Source: an uncultured Bacilli bacterium
Lineage (GTDB): Bacteria > Bacillota_I > Bacilli_A > RF39 > UBA660
DNA length: 37,007 nucleotides
Assembly (NCBI GenBank): GCA_947632265.1
Contig: CANROP010000002.1
Location: 1-37,007, forward strand
Direction: 5' to 3'
Every line of letters starts with the position of its first letter. Position 1 is the stretch's first letter. Position numbers and translations under genes: made by a program. Shown here one piece after another: positions 15,015 through 24,080 of this stretch. The notes beneath the pieces are model-generated. The model did no database searches, was not told the origin of the DNA, and saw only the letters and a list, made by a program, of their open reading frames with translations.

Positions 15015-17555
15015 ATGTATATATTAGCTAGTAATATGTGGTTTCAGGTATTAATGAGACAATTATTCTTTTCAATAGATAGAATAGTGTACAATTTTAT
15101 ATCTACTATATATGATTTATTAATAACAATCGCAAGAACATCAGTATTTTCTCAAGCCGATATTATAGATATGTCAAGTAGAATATATAGACTACTTACA
15201 ATTTTTATGGTGTTTAAAGTTACATTTTCTCTTATTATGTATGTGGTTAACCCTGATGATTTTTCTGATAAAAGTAAAGGTGTATCAAAATTAGGAACAA
15301 ATATTATTTTTTCTATATTATTTTTGATATTGACTCCTTATATATTTAATTATGCATATCAATTTCAATCAATAATACTTAATGATAATTCTTTAGCTAC
15401 TTTAATATTTGGAGAAAGTGGTGACGATGAGAATTTCTTTAATAGTGCGGGAGATAAGATGGCATATATAACTATGAGTCCGTTTTTTACCCCTAATGTC
15501 GCACTATCAGAATTAAGAGAATGTGTTTCTTTAGTTGAAGAAACAGATGATGGTAATAGTGTTATTAATGAAGAATGTGTTAGTGGCTTAAAAAGTTTTG
15601 ATATTGGAAGCGATGGAGAAACTGTTATAAACAATTATATTGCAGGTGTAGAACACAGCAATTTAGGTCTTATGTTTAGACAAGATATAGCTATTGCAAA
15701 AACTAAAGATAATGAGTTTATTATGGATTATAAATATTTATTTACTACAGCTGTAGGAGTAGTAATTGTGTTACTTTTATTAACTTTTTGCATGGATGTT
15801 GCAGTTCGTAGTATAAAACTTGCATTTTTACAGTTAGTCGCACCTATACCAATAATTTCATATGTAGATCCAAAAAGTGGAAAAGAAGGATTGTTTAAGA
15901 AATGGTATCAGATGTGTATTAAAACATATTTAAGTTTATTTATACGTTTAATTGCTTTATACTTTGCAGTTTATATTATAAGTAGAGTAGCAGATAGAAA
16001 ATTAGTAGACATTATTGATGGCTCATATATAACAAGTGGTTTAATAAAAATCTTTATAATTGTTGGAGCACTCATGTTTGCTAAACAATTACCAAAGATG
16101 CTTGAAGGTTTAGGAATTAAACTTGATGGTGGTGGAAAGTTTACATTAAATCCTATTAAGAAATTTGAAAATGAAGCACTTGGTGGGAAAAGATTTACTG
16201 GTATGGCTGGAGCTATGGCAGCATCTATACCAGATAGAATAGCTAGAGTTGCTACCGCACCAGGTGGATGGAATAAATTTAAAGCTATAGCGGGTGCACC
16301 TTTAGGACTTGCTGGATCTGCTGTTAGAGGATTTTCTTCTAACGGAGGATTTATTGCTGGAAGAGATAGACAGTCAGAAGTTAATAGAAGATTAAGAGAG
16401 GGAAGAATTAATGGATTAAGTACAACTAGATCTTATTTAGATTATGTTGGTTCTAAATTTGGTATGGATGATGCAACTCTAGAAAGAGAAGCTACAATAA
16501 CACATAGAAATAGAAATGCAATTGATCAAGCAAAAAGAGAAGTTGAAGAAGAAACAAGAGAATATACTCAAAAAGTTAAAGATTTAAATCAACAAAATGC
16601 TACACGTAAAACTACTCGTGCAAGACTTGATAACGTAAAAAAACAAGGTTCAAGATTGCTAAGTATGGCTGAGGATTTTGTTAGTAAAAAAGGTGATTTA
16701 GGTGTAGATAGAAATGATGCAGCACTAGTGTCATATTTAAAAGCACATAAAGGACAGGTAAGTGGTGTATATACAGGTCATATTACGGACAAAGATTTTG
16801 TTCAGGGTGGAGTAATAGATGATAAGATGATTGCTGCTGCAGAAAGATGGGCAAATAGAAAGCAATATAAATCTAATCGTGTAGCTAATGATGCAAATAT
16901 AACATTCTTAAATCAACATCAGGGGGAAAAATTAACTAGAACTTTTACAATTGGCGATCAAATGTTTAAGGCAGGAGAAGTAATTGATGGAAGAATGATT
17001 GCTAAAGCAGAAGCAGCAAAAGGTGGATATTTGAAAGAATCACATAAGGCAGCATATAACGAATTAGCGAAAGGTGATAAATCAGCATACTTTGATGCTG
17101 CAAAGGATGATGTACAGGCATTTGGCAATGTTGCAAAAGAATATGACAGAGCTGTTGATGATGCAAATGTTGCAATAGGAGAATATAACTCTGAATATAA
17201 AGATGAAGCAGATTTAAAAACTATCGCTACAGGATATGATGATTACGACAGCTTGAAAGGTGTTGTTAGTGAAGTTGATACAGGAGATTCTAGTGTTCAA
17301 ATTAATGATCATATTTCAGAAGTTGAAAAAGATGTTGATATGTACAATAGAAAAATTGAAGAAATTAAACAACAGAAGAAAGTTACATACCGTGATGAAG
17401 ATAATAAAGCTATTACTGAAAGCGTTGATAGTGCAGATAGTAAGAATAAGTCTAGAGAAGACAAAGTTAAAAGAGAAGAAAAAGAACACGATTTACGTAG
17501 ACAATATATAAGAAATGTTGGTATGTTTAGGCCTCCAGGAGGAGGAAAGGGCTAA
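15015..17555 (+). CDS. VirB6/TrbL-like polytopic T4SS membrane protein with long hydrophilic C-terminal extension
   Basis: Start at ATG 15015, 8 nt after AAGGAGGA; the TTG 14934 extension would run through the terminator and promoter. About 6-7 TM helices in the first ~400 aa (e.g. LAFLQLVAPIPIISY), then ~450 aa of charged, coiled-coil-like sequence ending PPGGGKG. Lies next to VirB3/VirB4-like genes. Confidence 0.6.
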   Translation: MYILASNMWFQVLMRQLFFSIDRIVYNFISTIYDLLITIARTSVFSQADIIDMSSRIYRLLTIFMVFKVTFSLIMYVVNPDDFSDKSKGVSKLGTNIIFSILFLILTPYIFNYAYQFQSIILNDNSLATLIFGESGDDENFFNSAGDKMAYITMSPFFTPNVALSELRECVSLVEETDDGNSVINEECVSGLKSFDIGSDGETVINNYIAGVEHSNLGLMFRQDIAIAKTKDNEFIMDYKYLFTTAVGVVIVLLLLTFCMDVAVRSIKLAFLQLVAPIPIISYVDPKSGKEGLFKKWYQMCIKTYLSLFIRLIALYFAVYIISRVADRKLVDIIDGSYITSGLIKIFIIVGALMFAKQLPKMLEGLGIKLDGGGKFTLNPIKKFENEALGGKRFTGMAGAMAASIPDRIARVATAPGGWNKFKAIAGAPLGLAGSAVRGFSSNGGFIAGRDRQSEVNRRLREGRINGLSTTRSYLDYVGSKFGMDDATLEREATITHRNRNAIDQAKREVEEETREYTQKVKDLNQQNATRKTTRARLDNVKKQGSRLLSMAEDFVSKKGDLGVDRNDAALVSYLKAHKGQVSGVYTGHITDKDFVQGGVIDDKMIAAAERWANRKQYKSNRVANDANITFLNQHQGEKLTRTFTIGDQMFKAGEVIDGRMIAKAEAAKGGYLKESHKAAYNELAKGDKSAYFDAAKDDVQAFGNVAKEYDRAVDDANVAIGEYNSEYKDEADLKTIATGYDDYDSLKGVVSEVDTGDSSVQINDHISEVEKDVDMYNRKIEEIKQQKKVTYRDEDNKAITESVDSADSKNKSREDKVKREEKEHDLRRQYIRNVGMFRPPGGGKG

Positions 17556-17572
17556 AAAGGGTGTGATACTAA

Positions 17573-17893
17573 ATGAACAATTCATATTTAATACCGGCAA
17601 ATTCAAAGCGAAGTATGCTGGTTGCTAGTGCATTTAATTCAGTTGATTTATGGATATTTGGAATAGGGTTAGGACTTTCCTTCTTATTCTTGATGATACT
17701 TCCAGTGAGTGACTTTTGGGTTGCTATTGGAGCTGTAATTCCTGGTTTAATTGCGGGATTTCTAGTAATTCCTATTCCAAATTATCATAATGTTAGAACT
17801 GTTATTAAAAATGCTTGGGTATTTTATACTACAAGACAAAAATATATATGGAAGGGTTGGTGTTTTGAAAGTGGCGAAGATGGAAAAAAGTAA
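17573..17893 (+). CDS. VirB3/PrgI-like small T4SS membrane protein
   Basis: 106 aa with two adjacent TM helices (LWIFGIGLGLSFLFLMIL, VAIGAVIPGLIAGFLVI). Immediately upstream of and overlapping the VirB4 N-terminal ORF, the usual VirB3-VirB4 order. Confidence 0.55.
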   Translation: MNNSYLIPANSKRSMLVASAFNSVDLWIFGIGLGLSFLFLMILPVSDFWVAIGAVIPGLIAGFLVIPIPNYHNVRTVIKNAWVFYTTRQKYIWKGWCFESGEDGKK

Positions 17894-18410
17894 ATATACA
17901 GATGTACCTATAAAAAATATTGCTAATGGTGTTATTGTCCTAGATAATAATCAAAAAGTTACTGGAGTAAAAATAATGCCTAGAAATATTTTTATAGCTG
18001 AACAAAGTATACAGGATGCAATTATAAATAATTTAAAAAATGTTTATAATGCTATAGATTATGAATTTTGGATTGTTGTTGCTGATAGACCAGTAGATAT
18101 AAATGTATATTTATCTCAATTACAACTTTTATACAATCAAGTAAATGATACTAAAAAAAGAAAATTAATTATGGAAGATATAAATAAAGCTAATATGTTT
18201 ATGAATAATAACGTTGTTGATACTGAATATTTCTTATTATTTAAAGAGAAAAATGATGATATTATTCAAAGAAGAGTTAGAAATCTAATAAATAATTTTG
18301 CTAGTGCAGGACTTACTGCATTTCAGACAAATAACGATGATTTAAGAATGATATTAGATAATTTCTTAAACGGTGGACAAACCACTGGATTTGGGACGGT
18401 GTTAGCATAA
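17880..18410 (+). CDS. VirB4-family N-terminal domain encoded as a separate ORF
   Basis: 176 aa from ATG 17880; the ORF-track start 17790 lies inside the VirB3-like gene. VPIKNIANGVIVLDNNQKVTGVKIMPRNIF resembles the N-termini of Gram-positive VirB4 proteins (Tn916 Orf16/PrgJ/TcpF type). Stop overlaps the next ATG (TAATG at 18408-18412). Confidence 0.55.
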   Translation: MEKSKYTDVPIKNIANGVIVLDNNQKVTGVKIMPRNIFIAEQSIQDAIINNLKNVYNAIDYEFWIVVADRPVDINVYLSQLQLLYNQVNDTKKRKLIMEDINKANMFMNNNVVDTEYFLLFKEKNDDIIQRRVRNLINNFASAGLTAFQTNNDDLRMILDNFLNGGQTTGFGTVLA

Positions 18411-20194
18411 TGGATATAAGAAGTCAGGTAGCCCCTAAAGGGTTAGAGTTTAAACCAAACGAATTCATAATTAGTGATAAATATGCTTGTATACTTACTA
18501 TAATATCTTTTCCTAAATTTATTTATCCTGGATATTTGAGTAGTTTAACAAGTATGTCTGGAATTAAAGTTGTAATTAAACATATACCACTACCTTTTAG
18601 TAGTATAAGTAAAATGTTAAATAAGGAACTTGCAGAATTAAGACAGAGATATGAAGATGAAGATGATAAGACTGTAAAAGAAAGAATTAGTCAAGATTAT
18701 GAATCTCTTGAAATGTTTATTAGCGAGTTAGCTGCTAGTCAATCTAAGATTTATGATTTTCAAATGCATGTTATGATTACAGCTAATACACAGGACGAAT
18801 TGGATGCAAAAAAGATCCAAGTTAAAAATTATTTAGAATCAATGGAACTTAGAGCTATCCCTCTTAGATTTGAACAGGATAAAGTATTAAAATCAATTAT
18901 TCCAATATATCCAAAACAGGATATAGAAGATAGAATAGGTACTCCTATTCCATCTCCAACTATTGCTGCCATGTATCCTTTTATATTTGATAGTATAAAA
19001 GATCCAGGATTATCTACTTTACTTGGAATAGATTTTTCAGGAGGAGTAATTCTATTTAATCAATTCTTATATCAAATAAAAAAGGAACACAATAGAAATA
19101 ATGCAAACATGATAATTTTAGGTACAAGTGGTAGTGGTAAATCTACAGCTGCTAAGTTACTTTTAAGAAGTCATATTAGAAATAATAATCAAATTGTTGT
19201 TATCGATCCTGAAGGTGAATTAGAGGAGATGACAAGTACATTTGGTGGAGATTTCATTAGTTTAGGTAAGGGTGGATCATTTGGTATGATTAATCCACTT
19301 GAAGTAATATTAGATGCTGATGAAGATGAAATGAAACAAGGGCTAGGTTATACGGTATTTACCCGTACATTACAAACTATAAAAGCATTTTTAAAATATT
19401 ATGATCCTAGTATTGAAGAAGATGTCGTTAATATGTTTAGTGAAGTTGTACAAGAAACATATAAAAGATTTGGAATAGATTTTGAATCTGATTTTACAAA
19501 ATACACATCTAATGATTATCCAACTTTTAGAGATGTATATGCGACAATAAAGGGTAGAATATTGTCTATGCCAGATAAAACACAAGAAAGAGATGTTTTA
19601 GAGAGACTTGAAATTAAGATAAGACCAATAGTAAAAGAACTTAAATATTACTTCGATGGACATACGACAATACGTCCACAAAGTAATTTCATAGTATTTA
19701 ATATTAGAGAACTTATGAATGCTGATTCTAATATTAGAAATGCTTTATTCTTTAATATACTTAAGTATGCTTGGGGTCTTACATTAGATAGTTCTATCAA
19801 TACTGTTATGATGGTTGATGAAGCACATGTACTTTTAAGTGGTGGAAATACATTAGGAGCTGATTTCTTAGCTCAAATTCAAAGACGTGCGAGAAAATAT
19901 AATACAGGTACTATAATAATTACACAGCAACCAACAGATTTTAGCGACCCAAGTGTAATAACACAAGGTAAAGCAATTTTTGATAATGCATCTTACTATT
20001 TAGTTATGGGGCTTAGAAAACAAGCTGTAGATGATTTATCAAAATTAATAGATTTAAATGATAACGAAAAAGAAAGTATTAAACAGTACGGACAGGGAGA
20101 AGCACTATTTGTATGTGGATCTCGTCGTATGAGAATAAATGTTATTGTATCAGATGAAGAATTAGATTCATTTGGTAGTGGTGGAGGACTATAG
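18410..20194 (+). CDS. virB4: VirB4-family T4SS ATPase (middle and C-terminal ATPase domains)
   Basis: 594 aa. Walker A GTSGSGKST, Walker B VMMVDEAH, downstream IIITQQPTD. The 594-aa product is short for a VirB4, which is usually much longer; the missing N-terminal part appears to be supplied by the preceding ORF. Confidence 0.88.
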   Translation: MDIRSQVAPKGLEFKPNEFIISDKYACILTIISFPKFIYPGYLSSLTSMSGIKVVIKHIPLPFSSISKMLNKELAELRQRYEDEDDKTVKERISQDYESLEMFISELAASQSKIYDFQMHVMITANTQDELDAKKIQVKNYLESMELRAIPLRFEQDKVLKSIIPIYPKQDIEDRIGTPIPSPTIAAMYPFIFDSIKDPGLSTLLGIDFSGGVILFNQFLYQIKKEHNRNNANMIILGTSGSGKSTAAKLLLRSHIRNNNQIVVIDPEGELEEMTSTFGGDFISLGKGGSFGMINPLEVILDADEDEMKQGLGYTVFTRTLQTIKAFLKYYDPSIEEDVVNMFSEVVQETYKRFGIDFESDFTKYTSNDYPTFRDVYATIKGRILSMPDKTQERDVLERLEIKIRPIVKELKYYFDGHTTIRPQSNFIVFNIRELMNADSNIRNALFFNILKYAWGLTLDSSINTVMMVDEAHVLLSGGNTLGADFLAQIQRRARKYNTGTIIITQQPTDFSDPSVITQGKAIFDNASYYLVMGLRKQAVDDLSKLIDLNDNEKESIKQYGQGEALFVCGSRRMRINVIVSDEELDSFGSGGGL

Positions 20195-20211
20195 AATAGG
20201 AGGTTTTGTTA

Positions 20212-22143
20212 ATGAAAAATGATGATAATATTGTTAATTATGAAAATCAAAATTCAACTGATAGAATAAAATCTGCAGTTGATAATGCTCATAACAATTT
20301 TAATAATAACAATAATAATGTTTTACAACCCCATTCTAATTTAAAAACAAATAATTTAGTTAAGAATGGCATTAACAATGTCTCTATAAATAATAATAGA
20401 TTAAATAATAATATAAGTAATAGTGTAAGTAATAAACTAAGTGATGATGTAAGTGATAAAATAGGTAGTAGAACAATTAATAGACTAAGTGATAATGAAA
20501 GTAATAATTTAAAAGGGAATATTAATTTAAATAATAATTTAAACCAAAACATATTAAAAAGAAGAGTTGATTCTAATAAAAGTAATGCTGTTATGAATAA
20601 TAAATTGACTTCTAAAGTAGCTAAACCTATGGGTATTAATAATAGAATAACCCAAGCTATAGCTAATTCTAAAGTAGGACAGCAAGCTATAAATAAAGCT
20701 AAAGGAAAAGGATTTGCCTCTAGAATGTTTGGTATGTTTGGTGGTAAGAGTAAAGAAGAAAAAGAAATTGAAGAAGCAGAAGTAAATATATATGGTATTT
20801 CAATGAGATTTGTAAAAAATGTTTTATTAATTTGTTTACCATTTTTCATGTTTATGTGTTTATTTTGCCTAATTATTGTTGGACCTCAAGTATACATTAA
20901 TTCAATTGGTATTGGAGCAGTTGATAGTGTAAGTTCTGACTATGCGGAAGAAAAAATACAAAAAGTTAAAGATGATGTATTAAATCAAGAAATAAAAGAT
21001 GATGATGATTCTGATATAGGTTATGCATTTAATAATTTATCAAAATTCATGATATCTAAACTAAGTAAATCAAATATGATGCTTGTTACTCCACAAATTA
21101 GACCATTTAATGAAGCAGATTTAAACGAACTATTAGATTACTATTCACAAGCAGTAGATTACAGTAAAGATTATGATGAAACTATTGTTTATACATTTTT
21201 CTTTAAATTATTATATATTCAAAGATATTATGAAAATAATTTAAATGTTAGTCTTGATATGCCATTACTTATGTCAACATTAAGAGTTCAATCAGATGAT
21301 ATGGGTGATGTGTTTGCTTCAAATATTGAAGATTATGATTATGAAAGTAAGGAGGATAATCCATATTTTTCTTACGAATATGATTGGACTTGTTATAACC
21401 CAACCTCAACTAACAGTTCACATGATATAGAAGTTCTCGCACAACATATGGTAAAGAAAAGTAGTAGTTGTGAGGATTGTTATGAAATAGATAATGAAGG
21501 ATATAGAGAATATTTAAAAGAGTTTTTAGAAAAGAAGTATTATATAAATGATGATTCAAATGGTACATTTTATTGTGATCCAGAAACACCTGATGTTCCA
21601 GATACTCCAAACATTCCAGAAGAGAGACCTAGTGAATCTGGTGATTGGAGATATTGGAAACAATGTGATAGTGAGTGGGGAAATATAAAAGTTCCAAAAA
21701 GTAATTCTACAATATGTAAAATAGGCTGTTTAATAACATCTGTTACAATTCAAATAGCTAGAAGTGGAACTGTAACTTTATCATCTCCAATAAATCCTGG
21801 AATTGCGGTTAAAAAATATTCTTTTGTGAGTGGTGGAAACTTTGTATGGAATAGTGCTTCTAATTTAGCTCCTAATTTTAAATATTATACAAAGATAAAT
21901 TTGGCAGGTATGTCTAATTCTGCTATGGCAAAAAAATTATCTAGTTATGATTCTAGTAAATATTATATAATTTTAGCAGTATCAAATAAGGATAGTAATA
22001 AAGTAGGACATTATGTCGCTCTTGATTATGCAGATACTTCTACAGGAGTTTTATATATATTTGACCCAGGTTCATATAAAGGAAACAGTGCGACTGAAAA
22101 ATATAAAATATATGCTGCACACATATATGAAAAAGAGGATTAG
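20212..22143 (+). CDS. membrane protein with Asn-rich N-terminus and C-terminal papain-like (C39/CHAP-like) Cys-His peptidase; putative VirB1-type cell-wall hydrolase
   Basis: ATG 20212 lies 8 nt after AGGAGG at 20198-20203. Low-complexity Asn-rich region of roughly 110-125 aa, one TM (LLICLPFFMFMCLFCLIIVG), C-terminal CKIGCLITSV ... GHYVALDY ... IFDPG. Confidence 0.55.
   Translation: MKNDDNIVNYENQNSTDRIKSAVDNAHNNFNNNNNNVLQPHSNLKTNNLVKNGINNVSINNNRLNNNISNSVSNKLSDDVSDKIGSRTINRLSDNESNNLKGNINLNNNLNQNILKRRVDSNKSNAVMNNKLTSKVAKPMGINNRITQAIANSKVGQQAINKAKGKGFASRMFGMFGGKSKEEKEIEEAEVNIYGISMRFVKNVLLICLPFFMFMCLFCLIIVGPQVYINSIGIGAVDSVSSDYAEEKIQKVKDDVLNQEIKDDDDSDIGYAFNNLSKFMISKLSKSNMMLVTPQIRPFNEADLNELLDYYSQAVDYSKDYDETIVYTFFFKLLYIQRYYENNLNVSLDMPLLMSTLRVQSDDMGDVFASNIEDYDYESKEDNPYFSYEYDWTCYNPTSTNSSHDIEVLAQHMVKKSSSCEDCYEIDNEGYREYLKEFLEKKYYINDDSNGTFYCDPETPDVPDTPNIPEERPSESGDWRYWKQCDSEWGNIKVPKSNSTICKIGCLITSVTIQIARSGTVTLSSPINPGIAVKKYSFVSGGNFVWNSASNLAPNFKYYTKINLAGMSNSAMAKKLSSYDSSKYYIILAVSNKDSNKVGHYVALDYADTSTGVLYIFDPGSYKGNSATEKYKIYAAHIYEKED
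20284..20662 (+). repeat. low-complexity Asn-rich coding region
   Basis: AAT/AAC-dominated codons encoding NNFNNNNNNV...NNNRLNNNISN...NLNNNLNQN. Approximate boundaries. It generates the spurious antisense ORF 20289-20849. Confidence 0.8.
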
Positions 22144-22148
22144 TGAAT

Positions 22149-22808
22149 ATGAAGAAAGTAAAAATATTTATAATAGTTATGTTTTTAATACTTTTATCTG
22201 GATGTGATGCAACATATGAACTAAATATTAAAAATGATAAAATTACAGAAAAATTAACAGTTATAGAAACTGATAAATCTATTTTTGATAAAGTAAATGA
22301 TGCAGGATGGACAGTTAGAGATTCATTTGAAGCATTTTTAACAGGTGATGATTTTGCTGATGAAGATTATAAAGCGAAATCATTAAATACTGATGATGAG
22401 TTAGGAATAGAATATACATCATCATCTAGTAAATCAGTCGATAATTTATCAATATTAAATCAGTGTTATACTAATTATAAAGTTAATATTAACGATGATA
22501 TAGTAACTGTAGATACTGGTACTGATTTTGGATGTTATGAGTATTATGAAAATTTAGATAAGATAAAAGTAATACTTAAAACTAATCATAAGGTAATATC
22601 AACTAATGCAGATAGTATGGAAGATGGTAGTTATATATGGAATATAACAAAAGAAGGAAATAAACAAATACAGATTTCTTATTATGAGTCTATTGTTGAT
22701 AATTCACTTTCTTTAAAAACTATTATGTTAATAGTAGGAATTATAGTTATAATAGGTATAGCTTTTGTAGTTATATATAATAAAATAAAAAATAAAAACA
22801 ATATATAG
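22149..22808 (+). CDS. lipoprotein with additional C-terminal TM anchor, function unknown
   Basis: ATG 22149 (alternative GTG 22143). Lipobox LILLSG|C at the end of the signal peptide. C-terminal TM (IMLIVGIIVIIGIAFVVIY). Confidence 0.7.
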   Translation: MKKVKIFIIVMFLILLSGCDATYELNIKNDKITEKLTVIETDKSIFDKVNDAGWTVRDSFEAFLTGDDFADEDYKAKSLNTDDELGIEYTSSSSKSVDNLSILNQCYTNYKVNINDDIVTVDTGTDFGCYEYYENLDKIKVILKTNHKVISTNADSMEDGSYIWNITKEGNKQIQISYYESIVDNSLSLKTIMLIVGIIVIIGIAFVVIYNKIKNKNNI

Positions 22809-22820
22809 TGGGGTGAGATA

Positions 22821-24071
22821 ATGTTAAAAAAAGTAATAAAATTGTTTGTTATATTGATAACATTATTTTACTTTGATATAAATATTGTAAATGCATACGA
22901 ATTTCAAAATCCTGAAAATAGTAGTGCGATTAATGATATGATTGAAGAAATATACGATGCTAAAGAACAATATGAAGATTTAGCTGGTGGATATACAGAT
23001 GATGTTACAATTTATGATGCAAATTCTACTTCGTATTGGTGGCCTATAGGAAGTAGTGAAACAACAGAAATAAATGGGAAAATATTTGCTAAAGGAGATC
23101 CAGAGACTGTTCGTATTACTTCTCCTTTCGGATATAGAAAAGATCCATTTGGAAGCGGTAAAACTACATATCACTCAGGATTAGATATTGCTGGTGGTAG
23201 TGGACTTAATTCTGTAAATATAATAGCTGCACGTGAAGGAATAGTTGTGTATCCAACAGCTAATGTAAAAAATGATTGTCCATCAGGATCATCTCAGTCT
23301 AGTTGTGGAGGAGGATTAGGAAATTATGTTGTAATACAACATAGTGATGGTAATTATACAATATATGGTCATATGTATGAAGGCTCTATCCTTGTTAAAG
23401 CAGGAGATAGTGTAGAACAAGGACAAGTTATAGGAAAGATGGGAAGTAGTGGAAATTCAACAGGTGCCCACTTACATTTCATGGTTAGAGAAGGCCAAAA
23501 TATTTCATCAGCTACTGTAGATCCATTAAACTATGTCTCACCAGATGAACCTAGACGTTCTATAGCAGAAGGAGATTTTCTTTCTTGGTTAAATGGTTGG
23601 GAAGGACATACTAAAATAGATGGTAATTATTATATCGTTGAAGATATAGGTGATGGAGTTAGAACCGTTGGTGGTGGAGTAACTCTTGAAAATAATGTTT
23701 CCAAATTTTTAGAATATGGAATTAATGTTGATAATTATCCAGTAGGAAGCAAGATACCCATTAACACAGTTGATAGAATAGAATCAGAGATTGTAAATGA
23801 AAAAAGAACATATATAGAAAATGTTTTATCTAATAACTCGATAACATTAGCTGAAAATCAAATACAAGCTTTAATTTCACAGATGTATAATTGTGGAAAT
23901 ATAAACGGCTTTGTAGATGCATATAAGAGATATGGAAATACAGAAGAGTTTTATAATGCATGGTTTTTTAGAAATGTAATGGTAGGAACTAAGTTTGAAG
24001 TAGGTCTTACTAGAAGGAGAAATTCAGAATGGACTTTGTTCCATATTGGACAATATGTTTATAATGGATAG
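22821..24071 (+). CDS. secreted bifunctional peptidoglycan hydrolase: M23 metallopeptidase + lysozyme-like (GH24-type) domain
   Basis: 416 aa with signal peptide. M23 motifs HSGLDIA, GNYVVIQHSDGNYTIYGHM, GSSGNSTGAHLHF. C-terminal LNGWEGHT...DIGDGVRTVGGGVTL and QMYNCGN resemble phage-type lysozymes. Confidence 0.8.
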   Translation: MLKKVIKLFVILITLFYFDINIVNAYEFQNPENSSAINDMIEEIYDAKEQYEDLAGGYTDDVTIYDANSTSYWWPIGSSETTEINGKIFAKGDPETVRITSPFGYRKDPFGSGKTTYHSGLDIAGGSGLNSVNIIAAREGIVVYPTANVKNDCPSGSSQSSCGGGLGNYVVIQHSDGNYTIYGHMYEGSILVKAGDSVEQGQVIGKMGSSGNSTGAHLHFMVREGQNISSATVDPLNYVSPDEPRRSIAEGDFLSWLNGWEGHTKIDGNYYIVEDIGDGVRTVGGGVTLENNVSKFLEYGINVDNYPVGSKIPINTVDRIESEIVNEKRTYIENVLSNNSITLAENQIQALISQMYNCGNINGFVDAYKRYGNTEEFYNAWFFRNVMVGTKFEVGLTRRRNSEWTLFHIGQYVYNG

Positions 24072-24080
24072 GTGATAAAT

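Noticed and set aside
17790-17879. Upstream extension of the VirB4 N-terminal ORF.
   Set aside because: It overlaps 104 nt of the VirB3-like gene in another frame. The VirB4-like similarity starts right after ATG 17880.
20289-20849. 186-aa minus-strand ORF, the longest antisense ORF.
   Set aside because: It is the reverse complement of the Asn-rich (AAT-rich) low-complexity region, so stop codons are depleted by composition alone. The product is a Leu/Ile/Phe string with no features.
14934-24071. Prophage tail/lysis region (large 873-aa 'tape-measure-like' protein plus M23/lysozyme).
   Set aside because: There are no capsid, portal, terminase, tail tube or holin genes. The large protein is polytopic, and the neighbours are VirB3/VirB4/VirD4-type.
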